64,000 bases of DNA from NCBI RefSeq assembly GCF_009914755.1, contig NC_060930.1; one strand, written 5' to 3'. A model generated the notes under the pieces. That model was not told where the DNA came from, did no database searches, and saw nothing but the letters and a program-made list of their open reading frames with translations. A program made the translations under genes and the position numbers. Below are positions 15,304 through 29,490 of the stretch, piece after piece. Source of the DNA: the human T2T-CHM13v2.0 reference genome, Homo sapiens. Each line of letters begins with the position of its first letter. Position 1 is the first letter of the stretch.

Positions 15304-15862
15304 TCAGGTTTTATATGGCATTGATGGACCACTATTGAAGGAAGCTGTGAAGGACTCAAAGCAGTTGAGAATAGGTATCGCCACCTAATTTTACTTGCCT
15401 TTCCTGCCACACACAACCAGAGAAGCTGGTTCATCTCTTACTGAGGAAATATTTTCATGCTTATTCAGAAGATTTTGCAGGATCCTCAGGAAGACAAAGC
15501 CAAAGAACAAGAACAGTCAAAGTAGGAACAGGACCAAAAGTCTGCACAGTCACTGGAAGGTGTCATGCTGAAGAAGGCAGGGATGGGACTTTGAAATGAG
15601 GCCAAGTGCATTTCAGTAACTGAGTGGGTTATCTGTTGTTGGCAAGCAATGTGCCATACCTTTGAAGGGCTAAGCTAGCCCAGGAGTTCTGATAAGAGCT
15701 TTGAACTTAATATCGCTGACACAAAAATAGGTCTCCTCAGATCCTATTTGGAGGTAAACCGGGTAAAAGTGATAAATAGTATTGCTTTTTAAAGTTCATT
15801 ACATATTTTAGAGGTGAGTCAGTCAGACCATATAGAGATGCTTCATTTTAATCCTCTGTAGC

Positions 15863-16165
15863 AAGAATTGGCAAAAATATTCTCTGTAAAGAGCCATTTA
15901 GTAAATATTTTAGAGTAGGCTGCATAGTCTCTTTTGCAGCTACTCAGCTTCATACAACAAGTAAACAAATGAGTGTGACTGTATTTTAGTAAAACTTTGT
16001 TAGACGCTAACATTGGAATCTTACACAGTTTTTATATGTTTTGACATATTCTTTTGATTTTTTCCAACCATTTAAAAATGTAAAAAGCATTTGTAGCTTG
16101 TGAGGTGTACAAAAATGAGCAGTGGACCATGTTTTGCCTGCAGGGCACATTGTGCTGATCTTTAC
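15863..16165 (+). mobile_element. MER58-like hAT-Charlie fossil
   Basis: ttggcaaa...ctgtaaagagcca...tagtaaatattttag...ccatttaaaaatgtaaaa matches the recalled MER58B pattern. Confidence 0.7.
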
Positions 16166-16206
16166 TCTATAGCATCACTGCCAGTAGAAATATAATGCTA
16201 GCCATA

Positions 16207-16382
16207 TGTTATGGACTGAATGTTTGTAACCCCCAAAATCCATATTTTGAAGCTCAAACCCCTGGTGTGGCAATATTTGGAGATGGGACCTTGACAGATG
16301 TACTTAAGGTTAAATGAGGTCACAAGGGTGGGGTCCTGGTCAGATAGGATTAGTGTCCTTACAAGAAGAAACACCAGATACA
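16207..16382 (+). mobile_element. MLT1A-type MaLR LTR, 5' part
   Basis: tgttatggactgaatgtttgt...ttaaggttaaatgaggtca...ggattagtgtccttacaagaaga. Confidence 0.85.
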
Positions 16383-17870
16383 CTCATTGAGAAAATGCAG
16401 AACATTGTAACCTTACTGGTTTAGAAACCATAATACTGGCAGGCTTGCTGGTCTTCATTTTTATTATTTTGAATGTCTTCTTTCAAGTATTTTATGTATC
16501 CAGACCCAATTTGTATGATAAGGGAATTTCTTTCAAACTATTAGGTGAAGTCTTTAATTATGAAGTTGGCTTAAGCCATTAAGTAGTATTAATGGGGACA
16601 TCCATCTTAGAAATTAACTGGAAATGTAGACTAGAAATATAAAAAAGTGTGGTCATGACTAATGTCTGTATCCATTTCCCAAAAAAGAGATTTGCGTATG
16701 TCCTCACATTGCAGAACCACACTGACACTCAGGGAAACATGCTGACGTCATTCTTCCAACATCCTTAGTTTGGATTTCATGAAACATTTTTTTCCATTTC
16801 TCCTTTTTCTGTGTTTAGTAATCCTTTCTTGGATTCTTGAAATCAGAGGCACTTATTGGAGTTGATAAATGGCAGTTCTTCATGTCACTGTTTAGAAATT
16901 TAACTTAGCTTATGGACTAGTTCAGGCTTAGATAACTCTGGAAGTCTTTGCACTTTCAAATATACTTTTTTATAGTTGAGTTTCTACACAATATAACATT
17001 TTATAACTTAAATGGAAGTAAAGTGAAATGCCAAAATGCCAGTTGATTCTGTTAATGTGTGCATCCCTCCATTCCAGAATTCCAAAAATATCAGACATAA
17101 TGACTTTTATTTGTATTTTATATTATTAGATTTATCAGATATAAAATTGTTCTTTTAAACTGCTATTTCTAAACACTCTTTGTTTCTTTAGTTATCTTGT
17201 GAACTGGTAATAGTTTTCAGACTGGTGCCTGTCCATGAACCACTTTCAGCATTGGTCCAGATGACTTTCACTTATACCATGAGCCAGCAGATACTGTAGA
17301 TTATTTGGCTGTTTTTAAAGAGAACATCATATCATAGTGTTGGTTATTAATATTTGAGCAAGATATTAGGGTTGTCTCGATGTCCCAATCATTGTGGAGT
17401 GCTTAGTGTGTGTTTGTTTTTTAAGAATTGACTTGGAAACATTTATCTTAAGGTGTTAGGGTTATTTTTATTCTTTAGTACTAACGGTATAAACTGAATT
17501 CCACTGAAATAGAGCTTATTTTGATGTATAATTTTTGAAGTTATTTTTTATAAGTCTGTGGGTAGATAGCAGCCAAGTAGGCACTTTATTTCCCTAATAG
17601 AAAAAAATATATATTTTTGTCAAATATTTCTGTTTTATTCATTCATTCAAAGTATATTTGGAATGTTTATTTCCAGGAAATTTTGGAATATACAATACAA
17701 CCAGCTTCTTATAACTCCACTTTAAGTGAGCCATAGGTCAAATAATGACCAGCAAAATGTAATGACACGTGTGCCTCTTACTCCCTGTTGGAGGAATTGA
17801 GGCACTCTGGTAACCCTGTAGGCCTGGATTAGTCCAGTTCATTGGCAGCAGCATTATCCAGATTTTATTG

Positions 17871-18165
17871 TGGCCGGCAACGGTGGCTCACACCGGTAAT
17901 CCCGGCACTTTGGGGGGCTGAGTTGGGCCTGTTGCTTGAGCCCAGGAGTTCAAGACCAGCCTGGGCAACATAGGAAACCCTGTCTCTACAAAATATATAA
18001 AAATTAGCTGGGCGTGGTGGCGTGTGCCTGTAGTACCAGCTACTTCGGAGGCTGAGGCAGGAGGATCACCTGAGCCCAGAAAGTTGAGGCTGTGGTCAGC
18101 TCTGATTATGCCACTGCACCCCAGCTTGGGTGATACAGTGAGACCCTGTCTTAAACAAACAAAAG
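17871..18165 (+). mobile_element. AluJ
   Basis: ttgcttgagcccaggagttcaagaccagcctgggcaacatag. Confidence 0.93.
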
Positions 18166-18318
18166 AGATTGTATTGTGTTTTGAAAAACATAGTTTTTAG
18201 AGAAATTCTGTGTTATTCTTCTATTTCCATTACAGCTTGGTTTAAAGAAACTATGGAAAGCTACAGACTAACCTCCTTTTCCTTTGGTTTTTTTTCCATG
18301 TTATAGCAGAGAACCAGC

Positions 18319-18841
18319 CAGGGCCGGATTCCTGGGCTTGTGTCCTCTGCAGTTGCACAGGGCTCTGCTCAGAAGGGTCCCATACTTGGCTTAATGCTCT
18401 GCTGTCAGCATCTTGAAAATTTTTAATAATTTTATATTTCATCTTGTTTTGTAAGTTATAAGCCCAGTGGGCCAGTGGAGGCTGTTCTAGGGGTCTGGGT
18501 TTGGCTCATGAGAGGTACATCCTTCCCACCTCCCCAGGATGGGCTCTCAGCAGCTGGCTTTCTGTACCCTGGCACCCCAGGCCCTTCTTGGCCCCTACCC
18601 CGTGTTCACTGTTGCCCTCACCTTGGGTGATGACTGGGTCACATGGGAGAGGAGGAAACCCATGTTCTGCTGTCACCCTCCACCTCTTGCTGGGTCCTGG
18701 GTACAAGCTCAGGGAGGGTTGGGATCAGGCGTCTGTGACTCACAGTGTTGTGGGGAGTGATGGTGGTCATTTTATCCCAGGCTGGCAGCGTGCTGGCATA
18801 TTGATGAGCAGCTGCTGGCATGATGATTTGTCCTGACCCTG
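18319..18841 (+). mobile_element. MER45-family hAT-Tip100 fossil
   Basis: cagggccgg...ctcagaagggtccc...cttggcttaatgctctgctgtc...cttgaaa; a possible right TIR ends gaccctg at 18841 (right boundary uncertain). Confidence 0.6.
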
Positions 18842-20947
18842 GACCGGACTCTGTATCTTGGCTTTAGTCTAGTCCACTTCTCAGCATTCCTTGGAAGCCC
18901 ACCTAAACTGCAGAGACAAAGAAGAATATGCTTTGGGATTTTAAAGATGGAACCCCATATGCTATCAATTGGAAAGGAGTTCAGATTCTGGCTGGGCTGA
19001 ATCACTGATTTTCCAGGCAAGTGGAACTTTAATGACCCACTAGTGCCCTTTGTTCACTGTGGGCTGGCTGGGGAGGAACCCTTGCCTTTAAAGAACCCTG
19101 TGCTCTTTAAAGTTTCCAGGGCACAATTGAGATCCTTGAGGTACAGTTCATCCATGCAGACCTAGCACCTGCTTTAGGTAAGGGCTCTTGTTACTTCTTG
19201 TTCTTATCGGGTTCTTATGTTCAGCTCAGCTTCCTGCTTCCTCAGAGAGAAGTGGTAGGTTCTGTTTTAGGCTTTTCTTTTTTGGTGGTGGTGGGAGGTG
19301 TCAAACCGCATTATTGAGGGGAGTGGGGGTGGTAAAGCAGTGGTGAGGACGATGAGAAGCGACCTCCTTAGCCAGGCCAGGAGCTCACCTCCCAGACCCT
19401 GCCCTTCAGGCACTGAAAACTGTTTTAGGCTTTTCTGCATGGTTGGAGTTTACTCTTAGTTGCTGACAGTCACTCATCCCCTGGAGAGGGGTACTGAGCA
19501 TAATCACTGTTGGTATTTTATTTACTACCAGTTCTTCATCATTACCGAGACTCATTCCATTTGGAAAATAAACATTGCCTCATCTGTTCATGGTATATTT
19601 TTACACTTGCCTTTCACTCACATGTTGCATATTAACTGAAAAGATCAGCATGATCTTGGAGCCTAATGTGATCTGGATCTTATTACCATGTATGTTTTTA
19701 TCGTCAGGTGCTGCTTTGGACTCTGGCCCATTCCTCCCACCTGTCTTCATCCTGTCGGGGTTGATCTCTGCCTGGTTCCATAGTCACTTGGCTTTTGGAG
19801 TTTTATTTCTTCTCTAACCCACTCTTCCCTTCCCTGTCAAATATAATTCTCTCATGAGCAACTGTGCCTGATAATCCCAGTGTATAGGCCATAGCTCAGG
19901 TTGTTTTAATGCTTGCAAGGAAGTCTCTTCAGATTACTACAGGGTAAAAGAATCCATTCCCTTTCAACCTCTCATTACTTACTGAATCAATTATTTATTT
20001 ACTTGTGTAATTCACATCCATGCTCAGGTATGTGTTTAGTTTACCTCTGAGACTGTGGCTCCCTCTAGACAAGGGTCTTTGTCTGGTATTAGTCCACTTC
20101 CTCAGTGTCTAATTTCATGAGGACAGAATCAGGGCAAGACCTACTGGCTAAGACTTGCTGCTGCCTCAGTTATTTGGTTTACTGTTTAAGCCCTTGAGCC
20201 AGGAGGTGACAGTATCTTTTGTGTTCCAAGTCAGATAACCAGTAACAGTAATATTCTGATGTAGGTCTAAGGGGCAATAGGAGCCTGAATCTGAGCCCCT
20301 TGGCAGGGATGGTTTCCCTGGGTTACTGGATTTGAGTCTTTGTCTTCCGTAATAGTAACTTCTGTGACCCTTGGCTCAAGGAGTCCTTTCTAACCTAAAT
20401 GCCCTCCTGAAGAAAGTGCTGATATTCATCAGAAAAAAAAGTAGGGTTTGTGTTATGTTACCATCTGGGAGACATTGGCTTTAATCCTCTCCCCTCTTCT
20501 TTTCCTTTTAAAATTTTCAAGAATCCCCAGAATTGAGGGTCAATCCTGGATCAGAAGGGGCAGAAAAGTCAGCCAGTCAGAGGTGAGAAAGGGGTCTTGT
20601 GTTCCAGTTGCTCTACTTTAGAGGGCTTGAGGGCCGCATTAGGAGCAAACCAAATACTCTGAGGTCCTAGGAGAAGATTGCTCTAAATCCAGGATGATTT
20701 CATCATATGACTTGAGATGGAGGGGTTCTTGATTAGTAATGGGCTTTTTGATTGGCAGGAAGTAGGTAAGCTGCAGGCAATAGGATTGGCCATAGAAATA
20801 TAGGGAACTCTATGCTTTCAACTCTTGTGAAGTTAGGACCAAACCAAATTATTTGGGGTTCATTGGTGGCTAAGAAATTAACTTTTATACTTATAGTTAA
20901 AAAAAAAAAACTTAAAGAACTTTTATTAATTCTTCCCCAATAGAGTG

Positions 20948-21256
20948 ATTTTTTTTTTTTTTTTAAGAGACGGAGTCTGGCTCTGTTGCTCAGGCTGGAG
21001 TGCAGTGGTGCAATCATGGTCACGGCTCACTGCAGCCTTGACCTCCCAGGCTCAAGTGACCCTCCCACCTCAGCCTCCTGAAGTAGCTAGGACTACAGGC
21101 GTGCACCACCACACCCAGCTAATTTTTGTATTTTTTGCAGAGATGAGATTTTGTCATGTTGCCCAGGATAGTCTCCAACTCCTGGGCTCGGGCCATCTGC
21201 CCGCCTTGGCCTTCCAAAGTGCTGGGATTACAGGCATGAGACACCATGCCCAGCCA
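20948..21256 (-). mobile_element. AluJ
   Basis: Antisense dimer; TSD ga(g/a)tgatttt. Confidence 0.93.
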
Positions 21257-22369
21257 GAATGATTTTCCTTTGTTGAATTCTCAAAATTTTATTCTGGCTT
21301 AGGTAATTGAGTAGGAATGGCAGAGAGTAATAATTTTCAGTGTAATCTTTAGCATTACATAAACCTCTACAAACATGAAGTAAAAAGTTCTTTACAGACT
21401 TTCTATAGGAAAAATAAATGTTTATAGATCTGCTTATCAACTGTTTGTTCTTCCTACCTCTGCATTTTCATCTATTGATAACTGTCAGAGTTCAAGGTCA
21501 GTTAATTGTACATTTTCTGGGAGTTTTTCTCACTGTTAATTAGTAAGACTTTGAATCATTAAGTGCTGATGACTACATGGCACAATTCATTAAAGACAGT
21601 CATACTTTAACCTTAGTACAGCTATAATGGGACGGTGAAATACAACTAGGAAAGTATCTTATTAAAGTATTTTACATTTTACTAATAAAATTTATTTAAA
21701 CCCTGAATTAGTGTTTATTTTTGTTTCCGAATTCTCAGTAACATCTCAGTAGATCCGTGAATCCTGCCAAAAGACGTATTTTAATCCAAAGATCTTTCTG
21801 CATCTATAATTTACCACACTAAAGCTCACATTATCATTAAAAGCAGCCTTATCATTAAATTGTAGACATTTATTAGTTCATCTCCAGGCCTAATGGGAGT
21901 GGTTTGGAGTAAACCTTTGTAGAAACAATAATATGTTTTGATAAATGCATATGGGCGTGGAGTGGTTATCACTTACCTCCTCATGAAATTTCTGGAAAGG
22001 TGATCCGGAAAACCAGGACACATTTATGGTAAGATATAACACCTTACCATAACGATTAAGGCTCATTGAAAAACTCTGACTTAATGAGTTTACCAAAAAA
22101 CTGTTCTATCCACATCTCATCAAACCGCCCCTGAAATTCCCTTGCCTCTGTTAAATTTTTCTAGACAGTCTGAATAGAGGCATGTAATTTTTTTGGATTT
22201 TTCTGTGGTTAAATAAATATCCTTTACAACTCTCTTTATTCTTGAATATCCATAAGAGTTTATATTTATACTGTATGTTTGTTATTAGGATTCCTTTCAA
22301 TTGCTATATAAAAAATGTAAAGTCTGTTTACTGCCTTAAACCTTCTGGTGTATTTTTATATAAAGTAAC

Positions 22370-22530
22370 ACCCTTAATTCTAACTTGGCCAACAGGTAGG
22401 ATGGTATTATTATTATCTTCATTGTACAGATAAGGAAACTGAGGCTCAGATTGACTAGATCAAACAGGAGTTTTCTGGAAAACCTAGGACACAAGCCTAA
22501 ATCTTTGAACTCAAATACTGCTCTACACTG
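22370..22530 (-). mobile_element. MIR
   Basis: cattgtacagataaggaaactgaggctcaga core. Confidence 0.75.
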
Positions 22531-22819
22531 AATTACAGTTATATACTGATTTCTGTTGTAAATTCTTAGAGAAGACAGACATAGAAATTAGTAACTTGAG
22601 TCAGTAGCGGCTTTGTTCAAACACAGGCACATGCATATTTTATGGTATATGTTTATATCTGTGTAATACTCATCATAAATGTCAGATTTATAATCGATAG
22701 TGCCCATTTCTAAATTTATAGTTGAAACCTCTGATAGGAATTAGGAATTATCTTAAAGTCCTAGAATAATAAATATTAAGATTTTGAAGACTGCTTAAAA
22801 CAGTGTTCCAGGCTGGATT

Positions 22820-22863
22820 TTTTCCTTAGTTTTTTTTTCCTTAGTTTTTTACCTTAGTTTTTT
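22820..22863. repeat. Short tandem repeat (T5-8 CCTTAG) x3
   Basis: ttttccttagttttttttttccttagttttttaccttagttt. Confidence 0.8.
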
Positions 22864-23332
22864 CCATGTAATGAATGAGGAGCCATTGGGGTTGGTGTTT
22901 GGTTGTAAAGGGCAGGTTGACTTCACCAGGAGGTGTTTCTTGGTATTTATGGATCCTCTTTTTCACACTAATCCTTTGATTAGCTTCTTCTTATAGTTCA
23001 TGCTTGTACAGTTGCAGCTGAATGGTAAGTAGGTAGAAATATGCATTGACTAATGTTGAACTATATCTAGGAGCGTCATATTCATGCTACTACTGAGCAC
23101 TGTGACCTAGGTGAAGTGTGAGATTAAAGAGCTTTATTGCTTACCACGTTTCTTTTTGATCTAGTTAGAGTCATGTGAGGCAGTCCATGACTTTTAGGAT
23201 GTTATAATATAATCCACATAGTACTTTATACTTTTCAATTTGTTTTTATATATTTTTCCTTACTATAAGCCTGTCAAGTCTAGTGAGATGACATGGTTAT
23301 TAATATATTACAAATGAAGAACTCTGACTTGG

Positions 23333-23640
23333 AGGTAGTATAGCACTGTGGTTAATAATAGAAGTTCTTATATTTTTATATGAATTATATATTATGAACC
23401 AGACCAGAATACTAGCTCTACCAATTACCTAGCTGAGTGATGGTGCAGCAACTTAATCTCTCAAAGCCCTGGTTTTCTCATTGTAAAATGGAGGACCTTA
23501 TAGGATTGTTGGGTAGCTTAAATGAGATAATAGGTAGAATTAAAAGTAACGGCAAAAACCGCAATTACTTTTGCACCAACCTGATATTTAGAACAGTGGA
23601 GGCATATAGTAGGCATTCAATAAATATTGGTAGTATTATT
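23333..23640 (+). mobile_element. MIR interrupted by a partial MADE1
   Basis: acttaatctctcaaagccctggttttctcattgtaaaatggagg core; tail tttagaacagtg...catatagtaggcattcaataaat. Confidence 0.75.
23529..23584. mobile_element. Partial MADE1 (Hsmar1-derived MITE), one arm only
   Basis: attaaaagtaacggcaaaaaccgcaattacttttgcaccaacctga-TA. Confidence 0.9.
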
Positions 23641-23654
23641 TTCAGAGGTTATTA

Positions 23655-24120
23655 CTCATTTAACTCAACAAAAATTGAGAGCCCCTTTCTATACGCTAGT
23701 CATTGTGCTAGGCATCAGGAGCACAGGGCAAACCTGGTAGGGTGCTTACTCTGATGGAATTTACATTTTAGTGGTAGAAATGGTAAATGAGTCAACAAGA
23801 ATTTTATGGAGTGACAAGGACTTTGAGGAAAGTAAAACGGGACAATGCTTGAGAAGGGTGCTAGTTGGGAAGTCCTATCACACGAAGTGGTATTTGATCT
23901 GAGACCTGAGTGACCATAGCCACATGAATACCTGGGGGAATCACTTCCCAGGAGGAAACAGAAGCACAGAAGCCGAAAGGCAGGATCACAGGCGGCACAT
24001 TTTATTGGTGCAGTGTGGAGGTAGAGGGACTGGATTGTGTAGGGTTTGTAGGCCAGGGTAAAGAGCTTGGATTTCTTCTGAGTGTAGGATTTTGAGCAGG
24101 GGAGTGATGTGTCTTATTTT
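23655..24120 (-). mobile_element. L2
   Basis: tcatttaactcaacaaaa...cattgtgctaggc...ttttgagcaggggagtgatgtg. Confidence 0.7.
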
Positions 24121-24789
24121 GGGCGGGCGCTAGGCCAGGTACTGTGAAGGAAATAAAGGTATAGAAGAAATATGTCTTTCTTGCTAGAATCTTATGTGAC
24201 ATACAACTAGTGGTGGCTGATCAGCAATTAGAACTGCAGTGTTCTTGCTGGTGTACTCCTAATCTGATCATTGGATGATATTTATCACGTATTCTTGCAG
24301 CAGTCATCTCTAAAGTGGCATTATGGTTCTAGTTATCTATCATTGGATCTGTTTGCTCTAACAGTCCGAAGGGGCATGAAGGGTGGAAACAGAGTAGAGG
24401 GAAATGGGTGAAAAGGCTATTTCTAAACACTAGACACAAAATAGGGATTAGGAAGTAGTGGGGGTTAGGAGAAAAAGCAAAATCCTGTTGTGCATGGAGA
24501 GGGACATTGTTGAAACTGTGGCTTCTTGAGATTACATGAGTGAACCTGCGTGGACTGGGTCGTCTTCCCTATTCACCAAGCTGAATCCAGGCCCAATCCA
24601 AGATTACTGCTGCCTTTACTCTGAGGCTTTAGACTGTTAGTAGCTTTTCTCGTCTCTACTGAGGCCAAAAGGGGCAGTGATACCCTTGAATTTTCTTCTT
24701 AAAACAGGGTTTCATTTCCTTGGAAGTTTGTTTCTTTGAATCTTTCTGTCAGTTTAACTGTTATCATCAATTGGTTAGCATTCTAATAA

Positions 24790-24990
24790 TAATTATAATT
24801 ATAGTAAACATTTATTGAGTGCTTACGAAGAGCCAGTTCCAAGCTTTTTTATCTCCATTATTCTGCTACTTTCCTTCTCATTTTACAGATGAGGAAAATG
24901 AGGCACAGAGTGGTTAATTAATCTGTTTGAGGTCCCGTAGCAGGTCAGTGATGCCAGGGTTCAAACCTACACTTAACTCTACACTAGAGA
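24790..24990 (-). mobile_element. MIR
   Basis: aacatttattgagtgctta...cattttacagatgaggaaaatgaggcacagag. Confidence 0.8.
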
Positions 24991-25419
24991 CTGTTTTCTT
25001 AATTATTTCTTCACAATCATATGTTTAATGATTACTTATTGATTATTTAGTGGTCTGATAAGAAGAGGGAGCGGTGCTCTTCTGTTGGAGAAGAAAGGCT
25101 GGCTGATCAAGACACACTGGTTGGTTTGAAGAAAAAATATAGATGTTAATTCCATAACCACACTCTAAACATTTCTACTGGACGAGTTCCACCTGTGTGC
25201 CACTCGAAGTCGGATGCAGTAAGGAAGGCTTTTTATTGAGGAGAGAACGAATACCTCTGTATTCAAAAGAGAGTGTGTTGTTCCTTATAGAAGATGGAAG
25301 GGGGCTTGCCAGTGACAGATTATGATGATTACCTCCTTAGTGGTTTTTTTTTATTGCACAGACTATAATAATAATTATAAAAATTTGTAAATCAAGAAAA
25401 ATCTTTACCCCAACAAATT

Positions 25420-25545
25420 GTTTTTATATTTTTCATATTCATATTTTTTCATATTCATTTTATTTTTTCATATTCAAAAATAAAACAATTTTCATATTCA
25501 TTTCAATTGTTTTATTTTTTCATATTTCATATTTTTTCATTTTTA
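25420..25545. repeat. Degenerate TTTTCATATTC repeat / AT-rich low complexity
   Basis: About six imperfect copies of ttttcatattc. Confidence 0.75.
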
Positions 25546-27334
25546 TACACAGTTATAGAGTATCTACTTATTTTTCATTTAACATTATGCTATAACAGGT
25601 TTTAAAGTTAGGCAGTAAGTCTTTCCAGTGAAAAGGAAAAGACTGAAACATGAAAAGGTTACGAGGCATTACTAATTGATTGGAATGATGCCTACCAGGC
25701 AGCCCATGTCAGTTTTGGAGCTGGCCTTGGAAGGAACAGCTGTGTATTTGGACCTTGGAGCAGTCTGTCAGGCTTCCAAGAAAGTGGGCAAAGAAGGAAG
25801 GGGGGTTGGGGGCACAAGTGGAAAAGTACAGTGGTTTGGAACTGATGTGAAACTATCAAGCTGGTTGAGTTCAGTGTTAGAAAATAGGAAAAACAAAACA
25901 ATTTCTACCTGATATGGTACTTTAATTGAGGTTAGCACTTCAGTGAATAGGCAATGCATTATAATTTGTCAGAATTATCAATATTTTGTTCTTGTCAGTG
26001 GCTTTATATTTAATAGTTACATGTTATAAAGCCAGTTTTATCAGTGAAAGAACAAAGTTCTTGACAAATGCTATTTTAGTGATAAAGCTGTTATTCTGTA
26101 TTTAAATTCAGTTTAACTCAAAGTGGTTTTTAAGTTTTACATTTGTATAACTGTAGACTAGCCATATGGCATTCAAAGGCCTCCAAGATATAACTTGAGA
26201 CACTCTTAGGATGGAATCCCATATTCAGAATCTTTACTGACAGCTCCCCATATCCAAATTGCCTTTTCTCTCTTGGGCCTCTGGGTGTGACAAGGGACAA
26301 CTTGAGTGAAAGGCCACAGGACAAAGTAGAGATGCTGTTAAATCTCAATGCAGAAGGCCTGAGACAACTGATAGAGACAATTGTTTCTCTTTTCTCCCTC
26401 ATAAAATAAGTAAAATTCAAAGTGATTTTTTTTTAATTTTTTGCTTTGACACATTGTGTTTAGTCTGATTGAGGTCATCTTACACAACAGAATCCAAAAT
26501 CCTGAGAAAATAATTTATACAACTAGAATTCCAAAATTAGGTTTTGCATTAAGTTCAAGCTATCATTTCTTTAAGAAAACCTACACTGGAGTTACCAACT
26601 GGAATATTTGGTTATGAGACACAGTCATCATGTCAGAGTATGTAGTTTGCTTCTAACACTTATTTGTGTGCTTTTAAGACCTGCTCCCTGCCACACTTTA
26701 TCATAACAAAAAACAAGAGACACATGTTAGTACTGTAGCATGTATAGTCATGGGGAATGTGTTCTAAACGAAATCCCATCACAGTGGAGTCAACGCAATA
26801 TTTCTAGGGGAGAAGGTCTTCCTGTTAAACTCATGTGAAGGCATTCTTCTCTACTATGGGAACTTGTTTATGTGCCCTCTAGAAGACAGCTGAGATGGTC
26901 TTCAGTGAATCTGTTCACTGACATGTTGCTAGTTTCTTTATGTTTACATGTAAACAGTGCTTAGAAGCATCTTTCCCCAAGCTGTTCTTTTTTTGATGGA
27001 CTCCCCCTTTTTGGGGGAGTATCAGTTGAATGAGCACTGTTGTACTCTCAGCACTAGACATTCTGTTATGTGTGTGTGGAGCTTCCTTGTGGCTTGGTAG
27101 CATTACCTCTGCATTACATGCTGCAGCCTCACCAGGCAGAAGGGCCATTCACTTCTGCTGCTACTTACCAGCACCTCTGTTTCCTCGAGTGTGTTACCCT
27201 CCCACCACCTGGGCCTTGGACCTGGGTCCGTTGGGCTATTATCCATGCTCCCACCTGCCCATCTCTGCTCTGATATAATCTACTAGGATAATAAAGTAGC
27301 TTTTCCCTACCATAATGTTTTTTAAATAGACATA

Positions 27335-28009
<675 letters not shown>

Positions 28010-28012
28010 TTT

Positions 28013-28046
28013 TGGCCACCATGAAGGGACTTCCAAAGCGGTGAGT
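28013..28046 (+). promoter_or_regulatory. Primer-binding site (28013-28030) and major splice donor (28041)
   Basis: TGGccaccatgaagggac just after U5; aagcg|GTGAGT retained, so the template RNA was not spliced here. Confidence 0.85.
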
Positions 28047-28712
28047 AATATGGGACCACTTTTGCTTGCTGTTCTGCCCTATTCTTCATTGGAATTGGAG
28101 GAAAATACCGGGCACCTGTCAGCTGGTTAAAAACAATTAGCATGGCCACCAGACTTAAGACTCAGGTGTGAGGCTGTCTGGGGAAGGGCTGTCTAACAGC
28201 CCCCAACCCTTCTGGGTTGGGAGCGTTGGGCTGTCTGGAACCAGCTTCCACTTTCAGTTTTCCTGGGGAAGCTGAGGGCCGACTAGAGGCAGAAAGCTGT
28301 TGTCCTGAACTCCTGGTGTTAGCTGGTTGAGATCATGGCGCAGCCAGAAGTCTCTACTCAACAGTCAGCCATGTGTGCACCCCTACCTTTCCTTCTGACC
28401 TATACCTCTTGGTCCTGACCACAACTTGCTTGAAAGTGTAGCCCCAAAATTCTCCTTACCTCTGAATCTACTTCCTCCAATCCCTGCCTCCTAGGTACTA
28501 ATGGTTCAGACCTTCATTTCCTCTAGCAAGCTGTATCTCCAAAGGGATCTAAGGAAGCTCTATGCTGTGTCCTTAAGCCCCTAGGCTCTGAACCCAGATA
28601 GTCTTGTCCCTGGTGTCCCTCCCAATTTAGGCATACAGCTCTCAACATGGGCAGTTATGTAGGACCTGTTCCCCACCATCCTTGCCAGGGTCCCAGGTTT
28701 GTAAAGGGCTAG

Positions 28713-28822
28713 GAGAAGAGAGAGAGAGAGAGAGACAGAGACAGAGGGGAGAGAAAGAGAGAGAGACGAAGAGGGAGTCAAAGAGAAAAAGAAAGAGAAA
28801 GATAGAAGTAGTAAAGAAAAAA
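28713..28822 (+). repeat. AG-rich tract of the HERV-W leader
   Basis: (GA)n and GAAA runs. Confidence 0.85.
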
Positions 28823-29490
28823 TAGTGTGCCCTATTCCTTTAAAAGCCAGAGTAAATTTAAAACCTATAATTGATAATTGAAGGTCTTCTCCTGACCCTG
28901 TAACACTCCAATACCACTTTATTGTCAGTGTAAACAAGGGGGTAGCCCAAAAACACTGAGACCACTGACAACCTATCAAAATCCTATCAAAAATCCGTAA
29001 CCCAGTAACACGTGGATGGGCCAAAGGCATTCAGTCGGTAGCGGCAACTGCTTTGCTAAAAGTAGAAAAATAACTTTAGAGGAAACCTCATTGTGAGTAC
29101 ACCTCACCAGTTCAAAACTATCCTAAGTCAAAAAAGCAAAAAGGTAACTTACTAACTCGAAAATCTTAAAATATGGGGCTCTTCTGTTAGAATAAAGGTA
29201 ACTTATTAACCACTGAAAATTCCCTTAACCCAGCAGATTTCCTAACAGGGGATTTAAATCTTAATTACCATACAAAGGTCCGACAGATCTAGGAGGAACT
29301 CCCTTCAGGACAGGATGATAGATGGTTCCTCCCAGGTAATTGAGGGAAAAAACCACAATGGGTATTTAGTAATTGATAGGGAAACTCTTGTAGAAGCAGA
29401 GTTAGGAAAATTGCCTAATAATTGGTCTGCTCAAACATGCGAGCTATTTGCACTCAGCCAAGCCTTAAAGTGTTTACAGAATCAAAAAAA
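28805..29490 (+). pseudogene. Second, foreign pol remnant in the pre-gag leader (RT start, connection domain, RNase H; HERV-I-like)
   Basis: PIPLKARVNLKPIID, PCNTPI, PVTRGW..IQSVAATALL, STPHQ, ILKYGALLL; ORF 29315 reads IDGSS...HNGY...LPNNWSAQTCELFALSQAL (RNase H motifs). Confidence 0.75.

Noticed and set aside
15447-15625. Purine-rich stretch after a possible acceptor, as a coding exon
   Set aside because: No recognisable protein, no clear donor and no supporting ORF.
18501-18836. Overlapping GC-richer ORFs on both strands
   Set aside because: They lie in a probable MER45 fossil and have no protein-family motif.
23529-23584. MADE1 as a miR-548-type hairpin precursor
   Set aside because: Only one arm is present, so the palindromic stem cannot form.
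25420-25545. Spaced TTTTCATATTC repeats as a CRISPR-like array
   Set aside because: Units are short and irregular, the spacers are low-complexity, and the context is eukaryotic.
28013-28030. tRNA gene
   Set aside because: This is only the 18-nt primer-binding site, and it is too diverged to assign Trp versus Arg confidently.
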